A stretch of DNA of 64,000 nucleotides from the human T2T-CHM13v2.0 reference genome, Homo sapiens. Every line of letters begins with the position of its first letter. The stretch's first letter is position 1. The position numbers were made by a program, and so were the translations under genes. The stretch lies in assembly GCF_009914755.1 (NCBI RefSeq), contig NC_060932.1. One strand, 5' to 3'. The notes beneath the pieces were generated by a model. That model searched no databases. It worked only from the letters and a program-made list of their open reading frames with translations, and was not told the origin of the DNA. Below, piece by piece: positions 1 through 13,580 of this stretch.

Positions 1-170
1 GCTCCTATGAGAATCTAATGCCACTGCTGATCTGACAGGAGGCAGAGCTCAAGCAGTAATGCGAGTGATAGGGAGGAGCCGAAAATACAGACAAGCTTTC
101 CTGGCTTGCCTGCCGTTCACCTCCTGCGTGGCTTAGTCTTGGTCCATGGCCCAGGGGATAAGGACCCCTG
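1..170. mobile_element. MER1B-like hAT-Charlie DNA transposon, terminal part cut by the window edge
   Basis: GCTCCTATGAGAATCTAATGCC..CTGATCTGACAGGAGGCAGAGCTC matches the MER1 consensus and ends in the TIR-like GGACCCCTG at 170. Confidence 0.8.
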
Positions 171-1279
171 TCTTATGACACTTTATTTCCCTAAGCATCC
201 AGAGCTGTGCTTGGAACATACAACATACTTGAGCATGACCTTTTGATATGATCTGCTCACACAGGATTCACTCCCAGCTAACATAGACCCTTCCTTCATC
301 TTAAAGATTCCCAAGGAGTTTTATCATGAACCAGGTGTTTGGGCAATTAAAAAAAATTATGACAGCTATTTTGATTGAACACACTGCAGAGAGAGTGTTC
401 GGTGCTATTTTGGAAGGAGCCTATTTCATTACTGCAAAATTCTCATTTTAATTCTTGGATGGCCATTAAAATGGAACCCGCTTCCATGTGAAATGGTTAC
501 CCTGCATGTTGTGAAGCCTCCCCAGAAACTAGGACCTTGTTTCCTCTAAAGGCAGCCCATCCATTCTTCCAGATTTTATGCCACTAAAAATTTCTACTTT
601 AAAAATGCTGAAATCTATTTGTATAGCATACTTCCATTGGTGCTACTCTACTCCTTTGGGTATTTATGAGAAATAAGTAAAGTTATAGGTGAATATTTTA
701 TATTATAGGACATATAGGTTATATTTGGTTTATTTTTGTTTATTTGAATAATCTAAACTTATTTCCTTTTAATGAACATTTATTTTGATTGAAGAAAAAA
801 ATAATACAGGTCCTAACAAACCCCTCTCGCCACTCGCACCCTAGCCTTCCAAGGACAGCAGCCCTTTGGCTGATTGGATGTGCAGGGACCCTCCCTGGCC
901 ACAGAGAGGAAGGACATGTTCCCTTCCTTTGCTCTAGGCCTCCTGAGGGTCAGCTGTAACCTAGCAAACTTTCAACTTGGGGACTGAGGGTAAGGGTCCC
1001 TCAGGACATGGGTGTCATGAGGGCTCCAGGACTGGAGTCTCTGGGGATGGTGCTTTGGCTGAAAAGGCCAGCCATGTTTCCAGGGGTAGGACAGGATCCT
1101 TCCAGCATGATGAGAATACTGTGCACCCTTACAGCTGGCAGGGGTGACAGTAAGATGAGCCAGGACAGGCAAGAGTCTAGATACTTCTACCATATCTGTT
1201 ATGGATGCCCAAGGAGACTGGGCACAAACTGATACTTAATTTTTTATTCAAATCTTTTCATTGATAAAATGAGATAATA

Positions 1280-1356
1280 GGCTGCTCTGTCTATGGAGTA
1301 GCCATTCTTTTATTCCTTTACTTTCTTAATAAACTTGCTTTCACTTTGAAAAAAAA
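1280..1356 (+). mobile_element. Polyadenylated MER41-type (ERV1) LTR 3' fragment, L1-mediated retrocopy
   Basis: GGCTGCTCTGTCTATGGAGTAGCCATTCTTTTATTCCTTTACTTTCTTAATAAACTTGCTTTCACTTT is followed by A8. AATAAA is at 1328-1333. A 14-bp TSD AAAATGAGATAATA lies at 1266-1279 and 1353-1366. Confidence 0.8.
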
Positions 1357-1539
1357 TGAGATAATAACCCATTACCTCGTGATTCCTTAAATGTCTGAGG
1401 AAATTAATGTCAGGATCTGAAGCTACTCTAAGAAGAAAGGCTGAATTATGATTAGAATTGTGGATCCTCAAAGAGCTGTGAAGAGACATTGTGTGAGCCT
1501 GTGAACTAACGGCCTATAGATAATAAGAACTGATGAGCA

Positions 1540-1700
1540 GTTCATAGTTTAAGTTTTTACTGTGTGCCAGGCACTGCTCTAAGCACCTCACATGAATTAG
1601 GACACTGTGTCTTCAAAACTACTCTTTCAGGTAGGTACTATTATTATCTCTACTCTACAGCAAGGAAACCAAAGCACAGAGGTTGATACTTCACCCACAA
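1540..1700 (-). mobile_element. MIR SINE remnant
   Basis: TACTGTGTGCCAGGCACTGCTCTAAGCAC...GGTAGGTACTATTATTATC...GGAAACCAAAGCACAGAGGTT matches the MIR core. Confidence 0.7.
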
Positions 1701-1723
1701 TGCCACCTAGAAAGTGAGAGCCT

Positions 1724-2002
1724 GGCCAGAGGTGGTGGCTCACACTTGTAATCCCAACACTTTGGGAGGCTGAGGCAGGAGTTCAAGACCAGCCTGGGCA
1801 ACACAGCAAGATCCTGTCTCCAAAACAAAAAAAATAAACGGGTGTGGTGGCATGAGCCTGTAGTCCCAGCTACTCAGGAGGCTGAGGCAGGAGGATCCCT
1901 TGGGCCCAGCTGCATTGAGCTATGATCACACCACTGTACTCCAGTCTGGGTGACAGCAAGACCCTGTCTCCAAATAAAATAAAACAATAAAATAAAATAA
2001 AA
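1724..2002 (+). mobile_element. AluJ with two internal deletions
   Basis: Dimeric Alu with J-type GGAGGATC/GAGCTATGATC and an (AAAAT)n tail. TSD AGAAAGTGAGAGCC is at 1709-1722 and 2408-2421. Confidence 0.9.
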
Positions 2003-2399
2003 TGTATTAGTCCATTTTCACATTGCTATAAAGAAATACCTGAGACTGAGTAATTTATTAAGAAATGAGGTTTAATTGGCTCATGATTCTGCAGGCTGTA
2101 CAGGAAGCGTGGCAGCATCTGCTTCTGGGGAGGCCTCAGGAAACTTACAGTGAAGAGCCAGCACTACATAAGGTTGAAGCAGGAGGAAGAGAGAGAGTGG
2201 GAAGGTGCCACACACTTTTAAACAACCAGATCTCACAATAACTCAGTCACTGACCATTATGAGAACAATGGGATGGTGCTAACCCATTCATGAGAACTCC
2301 ACCCCCATGTTCTGATCACCTCCCACCAGGTGCCACCTCCAACACTGGCGATTTTGTTCAATATGAGATTTGGTGGGGACAGAGATCCAAACCATATCA
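2003..2399 (-). mobile_element. MSTA/MSTB MaLR solo LTR inside the AluJ tail
   Basis: TGTATTAGTCCATTTTCACATTGCTATAAAG...GAGATTTGGTGGGGACAGAGATCCAAACCATATCA with TG...CA ends. Confidence 0.9.
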
Positions 2400-4050
2400 A
2401 AAAGAAAAGAAAGTGAGAGCCAGACAGTCAGCCCTGCTCCTCACCCCACCACAACCCTGGCAGGTGGTTATGCTGAACATTCTCGTGGGCTCACAGCGAA
2501 GTGTGTTCATGAACTTGCATACAAATAGTTATGTTCATATTGACATTGATAATTTTATCTTTCTTTAGTCTGGTTTCTCCTTTGCTACTGATCCTTCGCA
2601 AGTATAAGGATTGAAATAGCAAGGACAGATCAGGGGAACTGACTGAAGAGTGACCTGTATTGCCCATGGGAGCTGCGGGCTGAAAAAACACTAAAGAATG
2701 TCCCAGACAGCAAGCAAGCAAGGCAGTGCTTAAGTTGGTGCTGGCTTAAAAATAATAACTCCCCTCAACTAACAATCTGATGTGAATCCTGATAGCCTCC
2801 CTCTGGGCTCCCACCTGCCTATGATCTTGGAGACACAGAGCGAAATCATTTTCTGCAGCCAACTCTCTAACTACATCTGCCTGGAAGGCAACCAGCGACT
2901 CACCTCTTGCCCCCGATGTCTGCATCTAGAGGTTCACACAACCTAGACCCAGTTAGAGCCCAGGCAAAGGCTTCAGCCTTTTCCTGTGATGGAACAGGAG
3001 GATGCAGAGACCAAACCATAATATGTGAAACATAAGGACCTAGCAAATCATAGAATGGAGTCCCCTCTTTTTTATAGGGGATAACACTAAAGCCAGAAAT
3101 GTTAAGTCATTTGCTTCAGATCACACAGCTAGTGCCTTATTCATCTTTGTTTCCCTGAAGTCAAGCATAGGAGGTATCCAGTAAATGTTTAATTAGTTAT
3201 CTGCAGGAGTTTCAGGAGGCTACTGAACCTCTCTGGTTTCAGTTCTATCGACCACAAAATATGGAAAATCGTCCCTGCTCTATATGTTCTACAGAATTAT
3301 TGTGAGATGAGGATCCAATAAGATTTATCGTCTGCTCCTCACCTTCCCTCCAAATATAATCACTGGCAGGCAAGAAAAGTGACATGTTATCTTTCCTCTT
3401 TTCCCCTCTCCTCTGTCTTCTAGATTTGGAAGCAAAGCATCGTGATGTCCTAGCCAAGACCAGACACTGAAGCAGGAGAGGACATTCCCTTAGATGTAGG
3501 TGGGAAAGCAGAGAGGAAAACAATTGAGATTTGATGGGGTTTTGTCTTTGGTATCTTTTTTACCAAATTAACTATATTTTGTTTATTTCTCCTATCACAG
3601 GGAGAAGAAGTGAGTGTATTGAGACACTCTGGAGATAACCTGGATCAATCACTTCATTTTAGAGATAAGGACCTGAAAGGAAAAGGAAACCTGCCCCAGG
3701 TCGCACAGCTGGTTCCCACCAAGTCTCCCGACTCCTGCTCCTCTCCTGAAACATGAGCCTTTACACGCAGCTTCCAGAAGGGAGGGTATCATTCTTGGCA
3801 AGGCTTGAAACTAAAGCAGTTGGTATCTATAGCCAAGGTATGCTTGGTCGTATCTGGGCAGCTGACTGACTTCTGGACTCAGCCCCCTCCCCGACTACTT
3901 AACTGCACATCCGTGTATTAAAAAAAGTACCATATTTATCATCATATTCATGCATATCCTAAGTATTTCATACATGTAAAACTGTGCTACTGTATTCGCC
4001 ACCCCCTCTATCTTGTGTTTTCTTATATTTTTGTGAACCCATTAATTGCT

Positions 4051-4403
4051 GTTTTTTGTTCGTTTTGTTTTTACATTTCAACATTTATTTTAGATTCAGT
4101 GCGTAGATGCACAGATTTGTTACCTTGGAATATTGTGTGATGCTGCAGTTTGGAGTATGGATCCCGTCACCCTGGTAGTGAGCACAGTACCCGTGAGGTA
4201 GTTTTGTAACCCACTTCCCTCTCCCTTCACCCTCTGATGGTCCCATCTATCGTTCCCACAGTTATGTCCATGTATACTCAATGCTTAACTCCCACTTATA
4301 AGTGAGAACATGTGGTGTTCGGTTTTCTGTTCCTGCATTAATTTGCTTAGGATTATGGCCCTAGCTGCATCCATGTTGCTGCAAAGGACATGATTTCATT
4401 CCT
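4051..4403 (-). mobile_element. L1PA15/16-like 3' end fragment
   Basis: T-rich tail followed by TTTATTTTAGATTCAG...CCCACTTATAAGTGAGAACATG...CATCCATGTTGCTGCAAAGGACATGATTTCATTC. Confidence 0.8.
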
Positions 4404-5427
4404 TCCATTTCTTTAAAGGGGATGGCTTAGGGTTCTGAGGGGCATCCTCATTACAAATCCAGCCTCCTTGACTCTGGAGCCTCCCTTGACTCTTGCAACA
4501 AGTCTGGTTGGACAAGTCTTAATGCTCTATCCCTTTGATGTCTGTGATACTCCACTGTCCCCTTTTCACAGAAAGTGGTCTCTCTGACCACTCTTCCCCT
4601 GGGGTTGCTCCTCCCTCCTAACCTGGATATGGGCAGAGAATCCCATGGCCTCAGCAGTAATCCTTAGGTAGAAGACCCCTCTACTTTAGCTCAAGCCCCG
4701 CCCTCTCTTCTTTGCTCTAAACTGTATTTCTACATTCATGCCCCTTCACCAGCCCCTCCTCAAACCCAACAGTGCAGATGAACAGGGGCCTCCCCACCCC
4801 GACAGTCCTTCCTTAACTGCCCATCTTCACCCTGCCTGACCTAGAAACCTTCCACTCACCATCACTCCTTTCTCTACCCTGACCCCCAGCTCCAAGTTCC
4901 TCCTGTAGGTCCTACACTTGCCATGCTTCTCAGTGTATCCCATTCTCTCTGTTCTTATACTGCCATAATCTTATCTCTGGCAGCACAGCCATAATCTCCC
5001 AGCATCCAGACATTTTCCCCCTCAACTCATTCTGCAACCTCTTCTCAGAGTTGTCTTCCTAAAGCCTGGATATGATCTTGCACCTCTATGGCTCAGTAAC
5101 CATTGATGGCACCATGTTGGTTATCAAAGTCATTCCAAATTCCTGAGCCTGGCATTGCAGATGCTTACATGTTCTCATCCCATTCTTGTAAGTTTCCAGA
5201 ACACTCACCACGTGCCATGCTGGGTACTGTGCTAGATGCTTTTGCATTATGACATGTGCGCTAAGCACTGCAACTTTGAAGTCATCAGTGGAAATGGTGA
5301 CAGATATAGGTGTCCTCTAATATTTTCAACCTTCAGCAAAATGAACTCAGAGCTGAGTGATGTTTTCTAAGTTCCATATTTAAAAGAAACATTCAATGAT
5401 GAGGAAACATCAATTGATTATGGGAAT

Positions 5428-5660
5428 TATTAATAACCAACATTTTTGAGCACTTACTGTGTACCAGTCAGTGGATTAAGCATTTACATACATTGGTTTA
5501 TTTAAATGTCACAAGAAACTCATAAATCATTATTATGGCTCATTTATAAAAGACAAAACTGAAGATTGAAGAGGTTAAGTGACTTGCCTGATATCAGAGA
5601 CCAGGAAGCAGTGAAGCTCACCAGGAACCCAGGTGTGTCTGATTTCCAGGTCCTTGCACT
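5428..5660 (-). mobile_element. MIR SINE
   Basis: TTGAGCACTTACTGTGTACCAG...AAACTGAAG..AGAGGTTAAGTGACTTGCC...GAACCCAGGTGTGTCTGA. Confidence 0.75.
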
Positions 5661-5835
5661 TCATCTTTCTACTCTGCTGCCTTAGTAACAACAGCTTGCA
5701 GGAAGTGTCAGGGAGTGCCTCCCTCCCTCTCCCTCCCCAACCCCACCCCATTTATGACTTCATGCTCCTGGTTGCACGACAGCAAGGGATCTAGAAAGCA
5801 CATACCTTAAGTATAATGTGTGAGATTCTTATTTA

Positions 5836-6482
<647 letters not shown>

Positions 6483-6831
6483 TTCCAAATTTTCTACTGA
6501 TAGCATTCATGGAATAATGGAAGACATTACAATTCTCATGACAAGACAATGTCAACGTCCAGCATTTTGATGTACTTGTATTGGCTGGGATTCAAGTCTC
6601 ATCTGAAGCAATGGTAATAGCCTCTGTTGGAATGTTCCATCCCAGACCACGAAGCACTTTCCCACACTCTCTCCCTGAATTCTCACCAAGACCCTGAAAA
6701 GTGCTACTAGCCTCATCATTAAAAATAAATAAACTTATTAAAAATAAATAAACTGAGGTCACAGAATTAAAGAGACTTGTCTAAGGTCACATTACTTGTA
6801 ACTGGTCAATTTTTTAACTGCTCCATGTTGC

Positions 6832-7133
6832 TTTTTTTTTTTTTTTTTTTTTGAGACGGAGTCTCACTCTGTCGCCCAGGCTGGAGTGCAGTGGCGCAAT
6901 CTCAGCTCACTGCAAGCTCAGCTGCCTTGGTTCACACCATTCTCCTGCCTCAGCCTCCTGCGTAGCTGGGACTATAGGCACCCGCCACCACGCCCGGCTA
7001 ATTTTGTGTACTTTTAGTAGAGACGGGGTTTCACCATGTTAGCCAGTATGGTCTGGATCTCCTGACCTTGTGATCTGCCTGCCTCGGCCTTCCAAAGTGC
7101 TGAGATTACAGGCATGAGCCACCGCGCCCGGCC
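6832..7133 (-). mobile_element. AluY
   Basis: Poly-T with Y-type GCAAGCTC/CCATTCTCC/TTAGCCAG. TSD CCATGTTGC at 6823-6831 and 7135-7143. Confidence 0.92.
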
Positions 7134-8008
7134 CCCATGTTGCCTCTTAATAACACCACTGCTTCTTGGATACAAGTTATTCTCAGACAGATCTCATTTT
7201 ACAGAGCTTTTCACAGTATGGGTAACAGTTACTGGACTAGAACCACATAAAATAGTCACTGCACAGGATCATTCATCGCAGAGGATTCGCTGAATCCCGA
7301 AGTCTTCCCAGGATATAGAATAGCTCTGCTGAGCCACTTCGGCCTGAAAGGATTTGCTGTAATATGATTTCACCTGAATGTTTAGCCATGGCTGCAAATT
7401 CTGCTTCAAAGAAAGGGCCTCTCTTTACAAGTGACTGTTGTGGCTGTTTCTCTGCAGCTGGCATTCCAGAGCAAACCAGGGATTAGAGGAGTTTCTCTTT
7501 GGACTTAGAGATAAAAAAGGCAAGCTAGGGACCCACACAGTCTACACCCCCTTCCCCAGCTGGTGATGCCTTTTCTAATTCTGATTCAATGTGCCCACCT
7601 GGTTGTCATTATACAGGGCCAGACTTACAGCCTGGGAGGACAGACCAGACTTCCCAAAAACTAAAACCACCCTGGGGCTGCAGGTCTTCGTTTGATGAAG
7701 ACAAACCACAGACCCCAGCAGGAAAGCTGGGGAGGGGATGGAGAAGGAGGCTAGCAGAGTCTCTGATCATACTCTGGGTGCCCTTGGGCCACTGACAGAC
7801 ACCCTGTCCATCAAAACTGCTCACCCCAAGAAAATGATCAATGACAAGCAGCCCGTGGTCAGACCCTGCAATAGCAAAATGATTCCAGGTGCAAAAGGGC
7901 GATGTCTGTGCATGCAGGGTCAGCTCATGGCACTCACAGGATGAGGCACAGGATGGACGTGTGAAAGGATTCCCCACCAACACACACATACACACACACT
8001 CCCTCTTC

Positions 8009-8045
8009 TGACGTCATGGTTACCAAGGCAACTCGACATGAGTCA
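8009..8045. promoter_or_regulatory. Candidate enhancer core with CRE, RFX X-box and AP-1 sites
   Basis: TGACGTCA at 8009-8016, GTTACCAAGGCAAC at 8019-8032 and TGAGTCA at 8039-8045, in sequence with no recognisable repeat. Confidence 0.6.
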
Positions 8046-9315
8046 TCATATCTCAAGGTGGATTAGCAGAGCAGGAGAAAGGCTTTTGTTTGTTCAAAGC
8101 TCTTCCCCTTCTTTCCTCTTAATAGCTCTCTCTGATGTTGATAATAGCCAAGTACCTTTCATACCCTCAGAAATCCTAAAATTTGTGTGTTTAGCTGGTT
8201 TAATCTTAGAAAGCAATCAACTTTTTCTTGATATTAGGTTGGGGAGGGAATCCAGGGCTTAGTTATAATGTTGCAATTGGCAGAGATCTGAAATGATTTC
8301 TAAAACTATGAGGGTGGTGACTTAGCAATCATATTCCCTCTGCACTGAGGCCCACCCCTGAAAGGTGCCTGGCCTTCTCAGAGAAGCCGGCCCTCCTAGC
8401 CCCACTCCCCTAGCATCTGAGCAAGCAGGCACAGACTAGGCCCTGGGGAGCAGTGTGCTTGCAGACTTTCTATTTTGAGCTCTGCAAGTGCTTCACAGCT
8501 CATTGGCTGTGCATGCCAAACAGGAAGGTCCTCCCGGAAGGGCCAGGGCCACGTACTGGAGGATTTCACCTAGAGCAGAAATAAATCAGCAGAGAAAAAG
8601 GGATGACCCGTCATGGGGACAAAGCACAATATCACAAAATAAGGCCATTCCCCTGTCCTGAGATTAGATTGAACACTCTCCTCGGAGATGCTGCCTGGAT
8701 CTCTCATGGAAGCCTTGAGAGGCATCCCATAACTAATTTTGGGGTGGACCCTTTTCAACTGGAAATGCCAGGCAGTGATTACTGAATCTGTCTTCTATCA
8801 GAAGCCTTATACCTAGTAGGCATGACCACGGGTTCAAATCACCTCCTAATAATTAATTCGTAGGCAAAAACAAGTGCTTTGAGCTCAAGAAACAAAGAAT
8901 GATGGTTTCTTGGGTGCCAGTAAAACCAACTTTAGGCCTCTCTCCTCCTTAGCTCAAGGCGCCCCTGGTTCTTCACCTCTGTTTTAATAGGAAGCCTGAG
9001 TTAGGTTTTATTAAAGTGGAATTTCTTGACCTGGTAAAGTTCAACTGAAGGTAACTGTTATTCAATGTTTGCACAAAAGAAGCACAAACAATTCCATGTC
9101 AACTCACCTGTCCCCACCTACAATGCAAACAGCAGCTGTCAAGACTTTTCATCATCGACTGTTATGAAAAGCCTAACATAGACCAGGAAAAGTACTTCTT
9201 GAGCAAAATGACTCCTGGTATGGAATCTGTGGTCACTAGAGCTGTTAAAAAATAATAATAATAAAAAATAAGTGCTGGGGAGAGAACTAGGCTTTGTATG
9301 AAAGAAAAATTTTTA

Positions 9316-9629
<314 letters not shown>

Positions 9630-10009
9630 TTACTTTCATAATCTTTTCTCTCTAACTTCCAAATAGGCCAGCAAATATTCCACTGGGCCCATGTGGAGCT
9701 GGGCTGCCTCCCAGGGTGCATGGCCATTCTTTTCCTGTTGCCTTCATCTCAATTAGTAGAGAAGGCAAAAGTTTGCTCACATCAATGACCATGATGTCTG
9801 AAATCCTCGCTTCTGGCCACAGTCTCATGCAATCCAGGCCAGTGTGGTGGGCTCTGTAACGTTTTCCATTGGCTTTCCTGTCTCACTCTCAGGGAGAATG
9901 TGTTGTAGACATAATAGACATTGGCAAAGGCACTGCACACCCCCTGCGGTGTTCTGTGGAGTTAGATCCAAGACATGCTAACAGGCTTGGCTTTCACTCA
10001 CACGGAGCT

Positions 10010-10190
10010 CATAGAATTTAGAAGATTTTTGAAGCAGATTATTAGAAATCATCCTTTCCTCCTCATTCTAGATGAGAAAAATAAGCCTCCCGAGAGGTGT
10101 CATGACTTGTTGAAGATCACACAGTGTCCTAAGTGGCAGAGGCTAGAAGTTGAGCTTCCTGGCTTTAAACCCAGAGTGATTAGCACTAGA
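10010..10190 (-). mobile_element. MIR remnant
   Basis: CATTCTAGATGAGAAAA..GAGAGGTGTCATGACTTG..GATCACACAG..AAGTGGCAGAGG. Confidence 0.6.
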
Positions 10191-12009
10191 ATGCAGTGGG
10201 GGTTGAAGGAAGAGGGAAGGCTCCTTTACATCCCCTCCTGATACATTCATTGTCTTTTGTATCTAATTACTATTATTAACAAAAACAACAGCAGCAACAA
10301 AGATAGTTCTGGGGATAGGAAAGCAATGCTTTAAATGACCAAACCTTGAGCATAAATTATTTGCCTTCTCAGTCAACTCCATGAATGGAGGCCTTGCATG
10401 GCGAGAGAGGCCAGTGTTTGGGGGTAGAAGTGGGTCCTGTTAGGAGCTGAAAGAGAAAGGGCAAAGAACCATGAAGACAAATGTCAGTGACACCATAGCC
10501 AGCACCCGATTTTGAGTGGAGAGAGTCATGGAAACCTTCCAGAACTCATGGCTAGATTGCATTCTCAGATCCAGCTCCTCATCAGCAAGGAGATTTAGTG
10601 ATCAGCCTCCTTTTTACCTCCAGTCAGCCCATATGACCTTGACTAATTCCCCAGGAAGTGTTAGCTGCAAACTCTCTGGTTGCTGAAAAGCTCACACCCC
10701 CACGGAGGGAGATTGGATGACCTTAGCCTTTTGAAATTACCTGCTGCAGCTCTTGGCTCAATTCTGTTTCATTTGCACTATCTCTGGTGTCCTGACATTT
10801 CCCATTCACAGTTGCTCTCACTGGCCTCATTTCCTACCTCTTTGAAAAGGTCTTTATGACCACCTCTGAATCAAATATAAAAATGCCAACTTATACTTAT
10901 CCTGACGTGGCTCAATCACCTGAAAGTTTGAATAGGTGGATTTTGGTGGTTTTTCTCACATTCAGTTTTCAGAAGACGAATCATTTTGCTTTGTGGAATC
11001 ATTTGAAACTGTTTTGCTCTGCACAGACCCACAAAGTCACAAAAATATGTCTTTGTCATCCCTTCCTACCTATGTCAGAATCATAACTGAGGTGCTTCCA
11101 GCTTCACTGATCTAGAACCTCAGTTTTCTAGAGGCATATTTCCTTGGCTACTAAATATCTGAACTCACTGGTGATGTCCTTGACATTGGTATAACTGGAA
11201 TAGTTCTAACAGGGAGGTTCCCTGGCTGGGTAACTCGCTTCTGCTTGCTGTAGGAGTGACTTCTTTTCCCTGCGTTTCCTCTTAGCTTTTCTGCTCCAAA
11301 TCTCTAAGTATGAGGCTTGGAATTTGTACCTGGCACAGATATTCTTAGCTGTGCCCAAGGGCCCAAGCCTAATGGGTTCTTCCCAACTTCAATGACTTCT
11401 TTCACTTTTGTGGATTCCTCTAACTTCTAATTGTTGTTCTCTTCTATATCTTAATGTGCCCTTCTTCTGCTGAAACTGCCTTCAGGCTGCTTCTGGAATT
11501 ATCTATTCCCTTTTCAACTCTGTTCATAGGCAGGCTGCTAAGTGATTCCTCCCCATACCTAAGCTTGGCTGGGAGCTCCTTTGTAAATTCCACCCTCCCA
11601 AAGCCAAGGCTGAAGAATATAATGTTCAAATATCCCCCAAGGGATTGCAGGAACAGAGGAACCTCCAGTGCTTGGTGGAGCCTACAGGGAAGGTTGAATA
11701 AAGTTCTGTTAGTCCCTAAAGGAAGACAGGTTGTGGCACTTGGTGCTGGGTTGAGAAATAATTGTAGTGTCACTTTCTTGGTGTTTACATGCTTGCTAAT
11801 AAGCTGGCAAGCTTGCATTATAGGCTCCACTCTGCCATGCAGCTCCCGCTTCTAGAAGGTCCTCTAGCAGCCAAAGTTATCTGCAGCTTGCACCCCAGAA
11901 AGAATGCCCCCATGCTGATATCAGGCCACACAAACGTGCCTTTGTATGCATTAGCCATGGTTTTTTTAAAGATAACATAAATTTGAGTTTCGAGCAATTG
12001 AGGGATAGT

Positions 12010-12200
12010 GGAGCATATAGTAAAATAATCAGGCAGTAGAGTCAGACTTAACTGGGCTCAAACTCTGACTCAGACACTTACCAGATATATATGTGACCTT
12101 GGACAAATTACTTTAATTTTCTAAAAATCCCAATTTCCTCATCAGTGAAATGTGAATTCAAATAGGAAGTTATTTAAAGAGTTGGGTGGATTAAAGGTTA
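12010..12200 (+). mobile_element. MIR remnant
   Basis: GAGTCAGAC..CTGGGCTCAAA..TGTGACCTTGGACAAATTACTTT..TTTCCTCATCAGTGAAATG. Confidence 0.65.
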
Positions 12201-12230
12201 ACATTTAATTTTTTATAAAACCCCATAAAA

Positions 12231-12422
<192 letters not shown>

Positions 12423-13179
12423 TTATGCCAGGCTCTACTTCGGTTCTATCTTTCCATTAACCCTAAGGAGTCATTGCTATTATAACCTCCATTCTACAGA
12501 TGAGGAAAGAGACACACAGAGATTAAGGCATTCGTCCAACATCCAGAAACATCCTGAGAACCTGGCAAACTCAAGGGACTTGTGGGGGTGGGGCTGCTCT
12601 GCTCCATGCCTTAGGCCCTCCCATCCCTAAAGGGCAGTGGGACCCCTAGGGGCCTTGGCCTTCATGTGTCTCCAATACTCAATTTACCCCATTTCCCTGG
12701 GGTGACCAGCTACCCAAGGAGCTTAAAGACCTGCACCTATGGGGTTGTCCCAGGGTCCTCAGTTGGGCCCAGACCCAAGAGGGTGTCCCATCAAGAGATT
12801 ATGCCTGCCGGTCGGCAGAGTATCCTTTCATGAGATTGTGTGAGGCACTAGAATGGTGCTGACACCAAGATTTTAAGGTAACTCAAATTTCTGTATAGAG
12901 ATGAGACCCTGTAAAAATATTTTCCCAGGGCCACACACCCTAAGGCAGCCCACACAATGTCCCTCTGCCAAGAAACCATAAGCCGGGACTGGAACCGTGC
13001 TCTCCATGTGCAGAACGGTCTCTCGGCAAGCACACGAATGCAGTGAAGTTATTATTAGATTTTAAATGCTTTGGGGAGTTTGAGCTAAAAGAAATCCCAT
13101 GGTAAAGCAAGTTTGTAAAACAAAATGTGACTTGGCCTCTGTTTTTAAGTCTCAGTTCCAGAGGAGAAAGGCAGACGTT

Positions 13180-13580
13180 CTACAACAAAGAATGTGGCTG
13201 GTCTTTGACTAGGCTCCTGGGTGGGAATTTCTAAACCCTTGGAGTGTTCTGAGCGATAGGAGTGTCTTTGGTACTCATGCTGGGCCCCTAAGGCCAGGCC
13301 TGAGTTCATGCTGGTGAGGTGAGGTGACTATGCCCTTGACAGTTTCAGGATAGGGACTATCCAGGCCAGAAACGCCAATCATATGCTTAGAGGGGTTGGG
13401 GGAGTGGGGAAGGCTGCAGATGAGATCAATAATGTGGCTTGTATTTCAATCATGTGTGGGTGGCCTGGAAACCCCAGGGCTTGTGGCTGGGGTCTAAAGG
13501 GTGGGGAGTTTTTTGGGGGTCTGTGCTTCCAACCAGGAAAGTCTGCACCAACTCTGGTAGTTGGTGTCAGAATTGCACTG
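13180..13580 (+). mobile_element. MER21-family LTR remnant
   Basis: CTAAACCCTTGGAGTG..GATAGGAGTGTCTTT..TTCAGGATAGGG..TTAGAGGGGTTGGG..GTGTCAGAATTG resembles MER21. Confidence 0.55.

Noticed and set aside
12545-12955. GC-richer segment ending CAGGGCCACACACCCTAAGGCAGCCC, possibly an old hAT-type element
   Set aside because: I could not match the ends or family with confidence; it needs a Dfam search
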